From the NCBI GenBank assembly GCA_046706305.1, contig JBJKPQ010000188.1, positions 3,202 through 67,201 of the forward strand: a stretch of 64,000 bases of DNA, written 5' to 3'. Below, in pieces: positions 47,596 through 56,452 of this stretch. The notes beneath the pieces are model-generated. The model was not told the origin of the DNA and searched no databases. It saw only the letters and a list, made by a program, of their open reading frames with translations. The stretch is from Bacteroidales bacterium (lineage in GTDB: Bacteria > Bacteroidota > Bacteroidia > Bacteroidales > VadinHA17). Both the position numbers and the translations under genes were made by a program. The stretch's first letter is position 1. Every line of letters begins with the position of its first letter.

Positions 47596-49044
47596 ATGAT
47601 CAATTTCAGGATTATCGCCAGGGTATTCAGCCTTTTACTAATCTTTGAAGGTTTATTCATGCTGGCATCTGCCGGAGTCTCTGAAATTTATGAAGAACCG
47701 GCCGCCACGGCTTTACTATTCTCAGCATTGATTACAATGTTCACCGGGTCGATAGTCTTTACTCCCCTGAGACACGAGGAAAGGGTTTACAGCAACAAGG
47801 AAGGCTATATCATTGTAACGGGGACCTGGATTTTATTTGCACTATTCGGCACCCTGCCATTCTTACTCAGTGGTTCAATAAGGTCGTTTGGCAATGCATT
47901 TTTCGAATCGATGTCGGGTTTTACAACCACGGGAGCAACAATACTTACAGATATTGAATCGTTGCCCCGCGGTATCCTTTTCTGGCGCAGTCTTACTCAA
48001 TGGATGGGCGGCCTGGGTGTAATCTTCCTTTCACTCTCACTTTTTCCCGTCGTAAAATCCATAAACATACAGCTGGCTGCAACTGAGTTTGCCGGACAGT
48101 CGCCCGATAAGATTCATCCCAGGATAAAAGATACTGCAAAACGTCTTGTTTTTATCTATGCATTGATAACAGGTATAGAGGTTATCTTCCTTATGGCAGG
48201 CGGAATGTCGTTGTTTGATGCTGTCTGCCATTCATTTTCAACCATGTCGACCGGAGGGTTCTCAACACGCAACGATGGCATCTCAGCATTTAATTCACCA
48301 TATATAATGATTGTAATAATGCTGTTTATGTTCATAGCAGGCATAAATACGACCCTGATATATCACGGCCTTAAGGGCAACTTCAGGAAATTCATTAATA
48401 ACAATGAGTTTGTCCTGTATTCAATTATGTGCCTGGCTTTTATAACCCTTACAGCAATAGTACTCGATTTCAAGCCCGGCTATAATACTGGAAAAGCGAT
48501 TCTCGATGCTGCCTTTCATGTTATTTCTCTTATAACAACAACAGGCTTTTATACGCACGATTATAACATGTGGGGGAGCTTCCTCATAGTTATACTTTTT
48601 ATTCTTATGTTTACCGGTGCCACATCGGGTTCTGCAAGCGGCAATATAAAAATAGTCAGGCTGCTGCTTATCAGCAAAAACAACAGGCAGGAGCTCAAGA
48701 AACTGATCCATCCCAATGCCTTTGTGCCTGTAAGACTCGACAGGCGGATAATATCACAATCTACGGTAGCCAATCTACTTGTTTTCACTACATTATACTT
48801 TCTTATCGTTTCTGTTGGAGCCTTTCTTATATCTTTTATGGGTTACGACCTGATGACATCATTCAGTACATCCGCCTCCATGCTGGGCAATATAGGACCA
48901 GGAATAGGGAAATTCGGCCCTTTCACTAATTATTCAACAGTACCAATGGCGGGAAAATGGCTTATGTCGGGGCTCATGCTCATTGGAAGACTTGAATTGC
49001 TCACTGTCCTTGTCCTTTTTACAAGGAACTTCTATAAGACCTGA
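47596..49044 (+). CDS. trkH: TrkH-family potassium transporter membrane subunit
   Basis: Polytopic protein with repeated M-P-M pore motifs (SGFTTTGAT, STGGFST, TTTGFYT). It is adjacent to trkA. Confidence 0.85.
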   Translation: MINFRIIARVFSLLLIFEGLFMLASAGVSEIYEEPAATALLFSALITMFTGSIVFTPLRHEERVYSNKEGYIIVTGTWILFALFGTLPFLLSGSIRSFGNAFFESMSGFTTTGATILTDIESLPRGILFWRSLTQWMGGLGVIFLSLSLFPVVKSINIQLAATEFAGQSPDKIHPRIKDTAKRLVFIYALITGIEVIFLMAGGMSLFDAVCHSFSTMSTGGFSTRNDGISAFNSPYIMIVIMLFMFIAGINTTLIYHGLKGNFRKFINNNEFVLYSIMCLAFITLTAIVLDFKPGYNTGKAILDAAFHVISLITTTGFYTHDYNMWGSFLIVILFILMFTGATSGSASGNIKIVRLLLISKNNRQELKKLIHPNAFVPVRLDRRIISQSTVANLLVFTTLYFLIVSVGAFLISFMGYDLMTSFSTSASMLGNIGPGIGKFGPFTNYSTVPMAGKWLMSGLMLIGRLELLTVLVLFTRNFYKT

Positions 49045-49077
49045 CGCGGCAGATGGAGGCAACAGGTAATATTGAAG

Positions 49078-49692
49078 TTACCATTCAACTATACCCAGAC
49101 CCTGCCTGACTATTTCAATTTCATCGCCGGTACAATCAACCACTGTTGATGCTTCATTTCTTCCAAAACCACCGTCGATAACAGCATCGGCAAAATCCTG
49201 GTACTTCTCCCAAATAAGCTCCGGATCGGTTGTGTATTCAATTACCTCATCCGGATCGTGAATGGATGCAGTAACAACAGGTCGCCCTAATTCCCTGACA
49301 ATTTCAAGGATAATATTATTGTCAGGTATCCTTATACCTACTGTTTTCTTTTTATTCTTGAATAATTTTGGTATCTGGTTATTGGCCTGGACGATAAATG
49401 TGAAAGGTCCTGGGAGGTTTCTTTTCAGCAGCTTGAAGATATTATTATCGCGTATGACAGTATATTCTGACAGCTGGCTCATGTCGTGAAAGATGAGCGA
49501 AAGTTCCGGATTTTTGGGATTAAGTCCCTTAAAACGGGCAATACTCTCAATTGCCTTTGTGGCTTTGATATCGCATCCCATGGCATATACAGTGTCTGTA
49601 GGATAGATTATAATTCCGCCTGATTCAAGCAGGTCTGCAACCTTCCTCAACTGCCGCTGGTTAGGATTTTCATTATAAAGCCTTATAAGCAT
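49078..49692 (-). CDS. tsaC: L-threonylcarbamoyladenylate synthase (YrdC/TsaC domain)
   Basis: YrdC motifs IIIYPTDTVYAMGCD and GPFTFIV. About 200 aa. Confidence 0.8.
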   Translation of the reverse strand: MLIRLYNENPNQRQLRKVADLLESGGIIIYPTDTVYAMGCDIKATKAIESIARFKGLNPKNPELSLIFHDMSQLSEYTVIRDNNIFKLLKRNLPGPFTFIVQANNQIPKLFKNKKKTVGIRIPDNNIILEIVRELGRPVVTASIHDPDEVIEYTTDPELIWEKYQDFADAVIDGGFGRNEASTVVDCTGDEIEIVRQGLGIVEW

Positions 49693-49729
49693 ATTTAACC
49701 GATAAAAGGCACAAAGATAAATAAAAAAA

Positions 49730-49826
49730 GGGTAAGCTACTTATATCGCACCGCTACAACCGCCTACCCTTGCTATCTTCCGATCCTGGGGGAGTTCAGC
49801 AGGAGCTGGTCGTTTAAGACTTACCC
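49730..49826 (-). ncRNA. ffs: Small (4.5S-type) signal recognition particle RNA
   Basis: The minus strand reads GGGUAAGUCUUAAAC...CCCCCAGGAUCGGAAGAUAGCAAGGGUAGG...GUAGCUUACCC followed by UUUUUUU. The conserved helix-8 features are present: AGG, a GGAA tetraloop closed by C-G, and an AGCA 3' motif. The 5' and 3' ends pair (GGGUAAG/CUUACCC). Confidence 0.8.
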
Positions 49827-49830
49827 TTTG

Positions 49831-49838
49831 CAAAAATA
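49831..49838 (-). promoter_or_regulatory. -7 box TATTTTTG (minus strand) for the SRP RNA
   Basis: Plus-strand CAAAAATA is TATTTTTG on the minus strand. This places the predicted TSS about 5 nt downstream, at the first G of the RNA (49826). Confidence 0.5.
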
Positions 49839-49905
49839 CTACAAATAAAGAACCACGCAAAATAATTATCCCTTTTTATAAACCCTCTCATTCCCAATTT
49901 TAGAT

Positions 49906-49913
49906 TATATTTG
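49906..49913 (+). promoter_or_regulatory. Candidate -7 box TATATTTG for the DUF4199-GT2 pair
   Basis: Matches TAnnTTTG. It lies 44 nt upstream of the ATG at 49957. Confidence 0.35.
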
Positions 49914-49956
49914 CTACTGATCAACTAACCTGAGTAAAGAATAAATATCAATCATT

Positions 49957-50505
49957 ATGGAACAAAATGTTAATCCCTGGAAAGCTAATCTTACAAACGG
50001 TCTTATACTGGGACTCATCGGAGTAGTTTATACACTTATAATGTATTTTCTCGATCTCACTCAAAACAAGGTCCAGGGAATTATATTCATAGCCGTTCAG
50101 CTCGTGATGCTGTATATACTTATTAAATCATACCGCGATAACTTCAGGCACGGGCAGATTACATACGGACAGGCTGTAGGTGCCGGTGTGATAATTGTCT
50201 TTTACTATGCTGTTATTATGGCTGTCTTCACATATATTCTTTATGCAGTAATAGATCCCGGTCTTATTGACAAGCAGCTTGCACTGGTTGAGCAAACACT
50301 CTCACAAAGAGGAATGCCACAGGCTTCAATAGATGCAGCAATGAAGATGCAGGCTAAGTTTATGAAACCGGCATTTATGGCACCTATGTCAATAATCTCG
50401 GGCATGATCTATGGTACCATACTGTCATTGCTTGCAGCTATCTTTGTAAGAAAGGAAGGTAATCCCCTGCTTACAGAAGCAGATGAAAATGTAACTGAAG
50501 AGTAA
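49957..50505 (+). CDS. DUF4199-like small polytopic membrane protein
   Basis: 4 TM helices and ~180 aa. The position upstream of a GtrB-like GT2 is as I recall for DUF4199 in Bacteroidota. Confidence 0.55.
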   Translation: MEQNVNPWKANLTNGLILGLIGVVYTLIMYFLDLTQNKVQGIIFIAVQLVMLYILIKSYRDNFRHGQITYGQAVGAGVIIVFYYAVIMAVFTYILYAVIDPGLIDKQLALVEQTLSQRGMPQASIDAAMKMQAKFMKPAFMAPMSIISGMIYGTILSLLAAIFVRKEGNPLLTEADENVTEE

Positions 50506-50509
50506 GCCG

Positions 50510-51463
50510 ATGGATCTTTCTGTCGTAATCCCCGTTTATAATGAGGAGGAATCTATTCAGGAACTTACTGAATGGATTGAACGTGTATGTGCTTCACGAA
50601 GAATATCATACGAGATAATCTTCGTTGATGACGGCAGTTCCGACTCATCGTGGGAAAAAATAACCGAGATGGCTGTCAAAAATGAGATGGTCAGGGGGTT
50701 CCGTTTCAGAAGGAACTATGGCAAGGCAGCAGCTCTTCATACCGGATTCACAGAGTCGAGGGGAGATATTGTTATTACGATGGATTCTGATCTGCAGGAC
50801 AGTCCGGATGAGATCCCCGATCTTATCAAAATGATCAGGGAAGAAGGATACGACCTCGTCTCTGGCTGGAAGAAGAAAAGGTTTGATCCTTTTATTAAGA
50901 GGACCACAAGCAAATTCTATAACGGCACAGCAAGGCTGTCATCCGGAATAAAGCTGCATGATTTTAACTGCGGACTCAAAGCTTATCGCCAGGAAGTAGT
51001 CAAGAGTATAGAGATATATGGCGAGATGCACCGTTATATTCCCATACTGGCAAAAGAAGCAGGCTTTAAAAAAATAGGAGAGAAAATTGTTGAGCATCGC
51101 TCAAGGAAATACGGGGTAACCAAATATGGCCTCGACAGGTTTATCAAGGGTTATCTCGATCTGCTTACTGTAGGATTTATAACGCGCTTTGGTAAAAGTC
51201 CCATGCATCTCTTCGGGGCCCTTGGCACACTTATGTTCATCCTTGGTTTTATAATGGCAGGATATCTTGGTATCAGGAAACTGATATTTATATCCCACCA
51301 CCTCAGGGCACCTCTTGTAACAGATAGTCCCTATTTCTTCATTGCCCTTACTGTGATGATAATAGGATCAATATTATTCCTTACAGGCTTCCTTGGGGAA
51401 CTTATAAACAGAAATTCTTCAGAAAGAAACAAGTACCTTATAAGCGACAGGCTGAATTCATAA
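50510..51463 (+). CDS. GT2 polyprenyl-phosphate glycosyltransferase (GtrB/ArnC-like), second copy in the window
   Basis: VIPVYNEE ... IFVDDGSSDSS ... DSDLQDSPDE motifs plus two C-terminal TM helices. Confidence 0.85.
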   Translation: MDLSVVIPVYNEEESIQELTEWIERVCASRRISYEIIFVDDGSSDSSWEKITEMAVKNEMVRGFRFRRNYGKAAALHTGFTESRGDIVITMDSDLQDSPDEIPDLIKMIREEGYDLVSGWKKKRFDPFIKRTTSKFYNGTARLSSGIKLHDFNCGLKAYRQEVVKSIEIYGEMHRYIPILAKEAGFKKIGEKIVEHRSRKYGVTKYGLDRFIKGYLDLLTVGFITRFGKSPMHLFGALGTLMFILGFIMAGYLGIRKLIFISHHLRAPLVTDSPYFFIALTVMIIGSILFLTGFLGELINRNSSERNKYLISDRLNS

Positions 51464-51483
51464 ATTATCAGGGTTGTCAGCAA

Positions 51484-52620
51484 TTATTTAAAAGTATCCT
51501 TGAAAACTTCAAGGATCGTTCCTGTCATTCGGTCCCATGCAAACTTGTTCTTTTCCCTTATCACTCCCTGTTCAAAAGAAAATTTCCTGTTATTATCGAA
51601 ATAATCAAGTATGGCTTCTGCGATACCTGAGGGTTCAGGCTTAACCACATAGCCACATTCCCCGTCTTTTACAATTTCACTTAATCCGCCTACATCTGTA
51701 ACCAGCATAGGTTTCCCGTAATGAAAAGCTATCTGGGTAACCCCGCTTTGCGTCGCTGAACGATATGGTTGCACTACCAGGTCGGCAAGGCTGAAAAATA
51801 TCGGAACCTCATCATCTCTTATGAAACGGTCAAAGAATAATATGTCTCCTTCCAGGTTGTATTGCTTAACCAGATTCCGGTAAGGTGTGTCATCCTCATA
51901 GAATTCCCCGGCTACAATTAGTTTAAGACCCTTATCTCTCAACCGCTCATCCGCAAAAGCCTCGATAAGCAGATCAAGCCCCTTATAAGCCCTTATAAAA
52001 CCAAAGAATAACAGGAATGAATTATCCTGATCCATCTTAAGGTAAGCAACAGCGTCAGCCCTTGGTAATGCTTCCCCGTATGCGTCAAACAATGGATGTG
52101 GTGAAAGTTTAACCGGAATATCATCGCGGAATTGCCTCAGGTCACTTTCAACTGTCTCCGACATTACAACAGCCCCGTCTATTGATGATGTAAAAAACCG
52201 TGTCAGCACATTATCACCCGGTCTTTTCTCGTGAGGTATAACATTATCGAAAATACATATAACCTTCGTATGCTTGTTAGACCGTACAATCCTGGCTATT
52301 GTTCCGAAGCATGGCGACATGAAAGGAAGCCAGTACCTGACTATCAGGAGATCCGGCTTCTGTTTTTTAATTTTCATGCCCGTATTAATCCAGTTAAAAG
52401 GATTAACCGAATTAACAAGGCGTTCAATTTTAACACCTTCCGGAGCCGGGCCATCATTATATTGTGTTTTTCCGGGGAACAGAAATCCCGGATACTGTAA
52501 TACGAAGGTAATAACCTCGATGTCATGACCTTCGGCAAGTAACTGCCGGGCCATACGGTCATTGAATGTTGCAGGACCTCCCCTGTATGGATAAGCCGGG
52601 CCTAGTAATGTTATTTTCAT
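51484..52620 (-). CDS. GT4-family (GT-B fold) glycosyltransferase
   Basis: The C-terminal half has the typical EGFG-like region (VQPYRSATQSGVTQIAFHYGKPMLVTDVGGLSEIV). Confidence 0.8.
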   Translation of the reverse strand: MKITLLGPAYPYRGGPATFNDRMARQLLAEGHDIEVITFVLQYPGFLFPGKTQYNDGPAPEGVKIERLVNSVNPFNWINTGMKIKKQKPDLLIVRYWLPFMSPCFGTIARIVRSNKHTKVICIFDNVIPHEKRPGDNVLTRFFTSSIDGAVVMSETVESDLRQFRDDIPVKLSPHPLFDAYGEALPRADAVAYLKMDQDNSFLLFFGFIRAYKGLDLLIEAFADERLRDKGLKLIVAGEFYEDDTPYRNLVKQYNLEGDILFFDRFIRDDEVPIFFSLADLVVQPYRSATQSGVTQIAFHYGKPMLVTDVGGLSEIVKDGECGYVVKPEPSGIAEAILDYFDNNRKFSFEQGVIREKNKFAWDRMTGTILEVFKDTFK

Positions 52621-52713
52621 ACCTTCGTCAATTATGTGTAAAAGTATAAAAACCGGGCTTAATCCGGAACTTATTTACAGTGCTTTTATCTAATACATTG
52701 AAAAGCCGCTCTT

Positions 52714-55062
52714 TTAGCTGGCTATTGTAACCGACTCGCCCCGACCTATGGTTAACAACTGTTCCCTGCCGTTATACTTAACCCTAACGGTTCCTCCTTT
52801 CGCCGAAAATATCTTTGCAGTAATTACACGACCGTCAGACCATTTTATGTCAGCAACAAAGCCCCCTCTGGCGCACAGACCTTTCACCTCACCCTCACTC
52901 CATTCCAAAGGCAGGGCAGGCAGCAGGCTGATTACTCCTTTACCCGATTGTATAAGCATCCCGGCTATACCTGCTGTACCGCCAAAATTTCCATCTATCT
53001 GGAAAGGAGGATGTGTATCAAAGAGGTTTTTGAGCGTCGACCGGCTCAACAGTGCCTGCACATTTTCATAAGCCTTTTCCCCATCATGAAGCCTTGCAAA
53101 AAGATTGATTATCCATGCCCTGCTCCATCCTGTATGTCCGCCCCCAAAAGATAACCGCCTGGCTATGGTCCTGCGTGCAGCTTCATAAAGCTCCGGAGTT
53201 TCAGGAGTAAACTGCTGAAAGGGATAAAGGCCGAGAAGATGGGACATATGCCTGTGACCGGGTTCTGTTTCATCAAAATCCTTTATCCATTCCATGATAA
53301 CACCGCCGGAATTAATCCTTACAGGGGGTAGACGTTTCTCAGTCTCTTTCAAGCGCCCGGCAAAATCCTTGTCTGTGTCAAGTACAGAAGCTGCATTTAT
53401 GCAGTTATCAAATACTTCCCTAATAATTTCAATATCTGTTGTGGCTCCATAAGTAAGAGCCGATACTTCTCCGTTTGACGGATCACGGAAGCTATTCTCC
53501 GGTGAATGGGATGGATTGGTTACAAGATAGCCTTCCGGTGATTCCACAAGGAAACCCAGTATAAACTGTGCAGCTCCCTTCATCAGGGGGTATGCCGTTT
53601 CTCTTAGAAAGGCCGTATCGGCAGTGAACAGGAAATGCTGATAAAGGGAACAGGTCATCCATGGACCGTCGAGTGGTGTTATTCCCCATACTCCATCCAT
53701 TACTCCAGTCCTGCCAAACGGATCTGTAAGGTGATGCATGGTCCAGCCGTCCGATCCATACATCTCCCTGGCTGTTACAGTACCCGGACCAGCCAGTTTC
53801 TGAAGAAAGGATGCCAGTATCTCCGACGTCTCCGGAAGGTTACATACCTCAGCAGGCCAGTAATTCATCTGAAGGTTAATATTTGTATGGAAATCCGAAT
53901 TCCAGGGTGCCTTCATATCCTTATTCCAGATGCCCTGAAGGTTAGCCGGCAGTCTTCCGGGCTTCCTTGATGATGACAAAAGCAGGTACCTCCCATATTG
54001 AAAATACAAGGCCACCAGGCCGTTATCAGCCTTACCTTCTTTGACCCTTTCAAGACGCTGATCTACAGGCATATCACAAAGGGTGTCTTTGCCCAGGGAG
54101 AGACTGACACGTTCAAATACAGCCTTATATTCATTCAGATGCCTGTTAAGCAGGTCATTGTATGACATGTTATCCGAGCTGTCGAGGATGCTTTTGCATT
54201 CGGACGGGGGATTGATGGTCCTGTCGAAATCAAGGTGATCGATATTATAGTCAGTGGCAGCTGTCAGCCGTATAAGAACTTCTTTTGCAGCCCTGACCAT
54301 AAGCCTGTTGCTATCAGTTTCCGTGCTTCCTCCCTTTGTCTTAATCCTCATCTCGGCGGCAAACTTCATATGTGCTCCACCCGGACCTGATTTCGGATCA
54401 TCCCTGTCAATTACCTGGCCTTTCATCATTAGTTTATTGCTGCCACCGGGTTCTATAACAGCATCTTTTTCCCTTGAAAGACCAAAACCGGCATTTATGA
54501 GTCCGCCATCGGTTGATTTTATGCGGATTACTATTACATTATCCGGAGCTGAAGCAAATACTTCCTCCGTGTAATGCCTGCCTCCCGTTGTGAATTCGGT
54601 TGAAGCTATGCCTGTATGAAGATTAAGTTTCCGTGTGTAGTCAGAAACAGAATCCTGCCAGGCAAAACCAATATCGAGGTTACCAAGAGGCTGGTATGAT
54701 CGTATGTTTGGCGGTGTCCCGAGAAAATCCTTCTCTGCAATCCTGTATGCCTCACTGTAGCGGCTGCTAAACAGGGCTTTCCTCAGAGACGGCAGGGCTC
54801 TGAGTGCAGCCGGGTTATCATTATCCATCCTGCTCCCGGCCCACAGGCTCTCCTCATTAAGTTGAAGTGTTTCATTAAAGGGATCGCCAAAAACCATGGC
54901 ACCCAGTCGCCCGTTTCCAACAGGCATAGCTTCTTCCCAGGCTGAAGCCGGTTGCCTGTACCATAACTCCAACGACTTATCGGACAACAGCTTATCCTTC
55001 TTACAGCTGCCGGCGACAAACAAAACAAAGAGGAACGACAACCATAGCTTCAGACTATTCAT
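52714..55062 (-). CDS. Glycoside hydrolase family 95 (alpha-L-fucosidase-type) lipoprotein
   Basis: Lipobox VAGSC. GH95 N-terminal signature LWYRQPASAWEEAMPVGNGRLGAMVFG. About 780 aa. Confidence 0.8.
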   Translation of the reverse strand: MNSLKLWLSFLFVLFVAGSCKKDKLLSDKSLELWYRQPASAWEEAMPVGNGRLGAMVFGDPFNETLQLNEESLWAGSRMDNDNPAALRALPSLRKALFSSRYSEAYRIAEKDFLGTPPNIRSYQPLGNLDIGFAWQDSVSDYTRKLNLHTGIASTEFTTGGRHYTEEVFASAPDNVIVIRIKSTDGGLINAGFGLSREKDAVIEPGGSNKLMMKGQVIDRDDPKSGPGGAHMKFAAEMRIKTKGGSTETDSNRLMVRAAKEVLIRLTAATDYNIDHLDFDRTINPPSECKSILDSSDNMSYNDLLNRHLNEYKAVFERVSLSLGKDTLCDMPVDQRLERVKEGKADNGLVALYFQYGRYLLLSSSRKPGRLPANLQGIWNKDMKAPWNSDFHTNINLQMNYWPAEVCNLPETSEILASFLQKLAGPGTVTAREMYGSDGWTMHHLTDPFGRTGVMDGVWGITPLDGPWMTCSLYQHFLFTADTAFLRETAYPLMKGAAQFILGFLVESPEGYLVTNPSHSPENSFRDPSNGEVSALTYGATTDIEIIREVFDNCINAASVLDTDKDFAGRLKETEKRLPPVRINSGGVIMEWIKDFDETEPGHRHMSHLLGLYPFQQFTPETPELYEAARRTIARRLSFGGGHTGWSRAWIINLFARLHDGEKAYENVQALLSRSTLKNLFDTHPPFQIDGNFGGTAGIAGMLIQSGKGVISLLPALPLEWSEGEVKGLCARGGFVADIKWSDGRVITAKIFSAKGGTVRVKYNGREQLLTIGRGESVTIAS

Positions 55063-55089
55063 TATGTAATAATTGTTAAAGAAATTATA

Positions 55090-56415
55090 TTACTTCCCGG
55101 CTGACATCTGCTTATACTTGGCTTCAAACCGGCGGTAAAGCTGTTTATGCTTATTGTCGAGGCTTATATTGCGACCCGTAATAAATGCCAGGACAACATC
55201 ATTTGTCGACATATCGAGCAGGTCGCCCGTTGACACCACGATATTTGCATCTTTCCCTGCTTCCAGGGAGCCTGTCATGTTGTCGATACCAAGAATTTTT
55301 GCAGTATTAAGAGTCACAGTCTGAAGTGCTTCCTCCCTGGTAAGGCCGTATGCAGCCGTCTCTCCTGCAGCAAATGGGAGGTTTCCATAGGCCTGGTTTG
55401 AATATGTCAGACCTACAAGTATCCCTTCCCCGTGTAACATGGCTGCCAGCTTAAAAGGAAGCCTTGTATCGCTGTAATCATACCTGGGAAGGCTCAGCGG
55501 GTCGGCCAGCAAAACAGGTATGTCGTTATTTTTCAGGAAGTCCCTGACTGTCCAGGCAGTCTCATCAGCATCAGCAAGAACAATCTTTTTCACTCCATGC
55601 CTTTTGGCAAAGCTTATGGCTTCAATAATGCCCTTAGGCTCGCCTGAGCTTATAAAAAGTATTTTTGAACCATCAAAGAGTCCCTTCATGGCTTCAAGTC
55701 GTAAGTTCGCATGTTCAGGTTTTTCAACAGCTGCATAAGCAACAGCGTCGGTAAATATCTTCTCAAGTTCTTCCACGTTGTCTTCATAATTATTGCCACC
55801 CTGCATCCCGAACCTGAAATAGCTGCCTCTGCCGCCTGTAGCTCTCCTGGGCCAGTCAAGCTGAATACCATTATCCATTTTATATGCCGCATCTTCCCAG
55901 TCCCATGCATCGAGTTGCACAACACTTGATGTTCCGGGCAGAAGAGAACCTACCGGCACAATCTGGGCCAGCAGTATGCCGTTGGAACGAATGACAGGTG
56001 TTACCTGGGAGTCAGTGCTGTAGGCTACGATAGCCCGCACATTTGGATTCAGGGAGCCTATCTCCCTGTTGTCGGTTGCCACGTCTACGCCACTGCCAAT
56101 CTCCTGTAAGCCAAGACTTGTTGAAGGAAATATAAGTCCGGGGTATACCTGTTTCCCCGACACATCTATTACCTCATAACCGGTGCGGTCGATGTTCACA
56201 TCCGTAGTCTTGCCGATAGCTGTTATTTTCCCGTTAACAAATACTACCGTACCATTTTCAATAACATCTCCGGTACCGGTATGGATGGTTCCTCCCACAA
56301 GCATCACGGGCTTCTTCTGCACGGGAGCAACAACCGGATTTTGGGCTGCTGCCTGGAAGAGGAATGCCAGGATCATCATTGCTGATATATATATTCGTTT
56401 TTTCATTTTAATCAT
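55090..56415 (-). CDS. Secreted amidohydrolase-fold protein lacking the HxH metal motif
   Basis: Signal peptide. Amidohydrolase-like ends (GGTIHTGTG ... GSLEAGKDANIVVSTGDLLD). The position after PGLI reads FPSTSLG instead of D-H-x-H. Confidence 0.75.
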   Translation of the reverse strand: MIKMKKRIYISAMMILAFLFQAAAQNPVVAPVQKKPVMLVGGTIHTGTGDVIENGTVVFVNGKITAIGKTTDVNIDRTGYEVIDVSGKQVYPGLIFPSTSLGLQEIGSGVDVATDNREIGSLNPNVRAIVAYSTDSQVTPVIRSNGILLAQIVPVGSLLPGTSSVVQLDAWDWEDAAYKMDNGIQLDWPRRATGGRGSYFRFGMQGGNNYEDNVEELEKIFTDAVAYAAVEKPEHANLRLEAMKGLFDGSKILFISSGEPKGIIEAISFAKRHGVKKIVLADADETAWTVRDFLKNNDIPVLLADPLSLPRYDYSDTRLPFKLAAMLHGEGILVGLTYSNQAYGNLPFAAGETAAYGLTREEALQTVTLNTAKILGIDNMTGSLEAGKDANIVVSTGDLLDMSTNDVVLAFITGRNISLDNKHKQLYRRFEAKYKQMSAGK

Positions 56416-56452
56416 TTTTTCATTTTAATAAATACTGATTACAGGCACATTA

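Noticed and set aside
46989-47660. 223-aa minus-strand ORF antisense to trkA/trkH
   Set aside because: It spans the trkA-trkH junction on the opposite strand. The sequence is Ser/Ile/Phe-rich with no domain signature. Both sense genes are solid.
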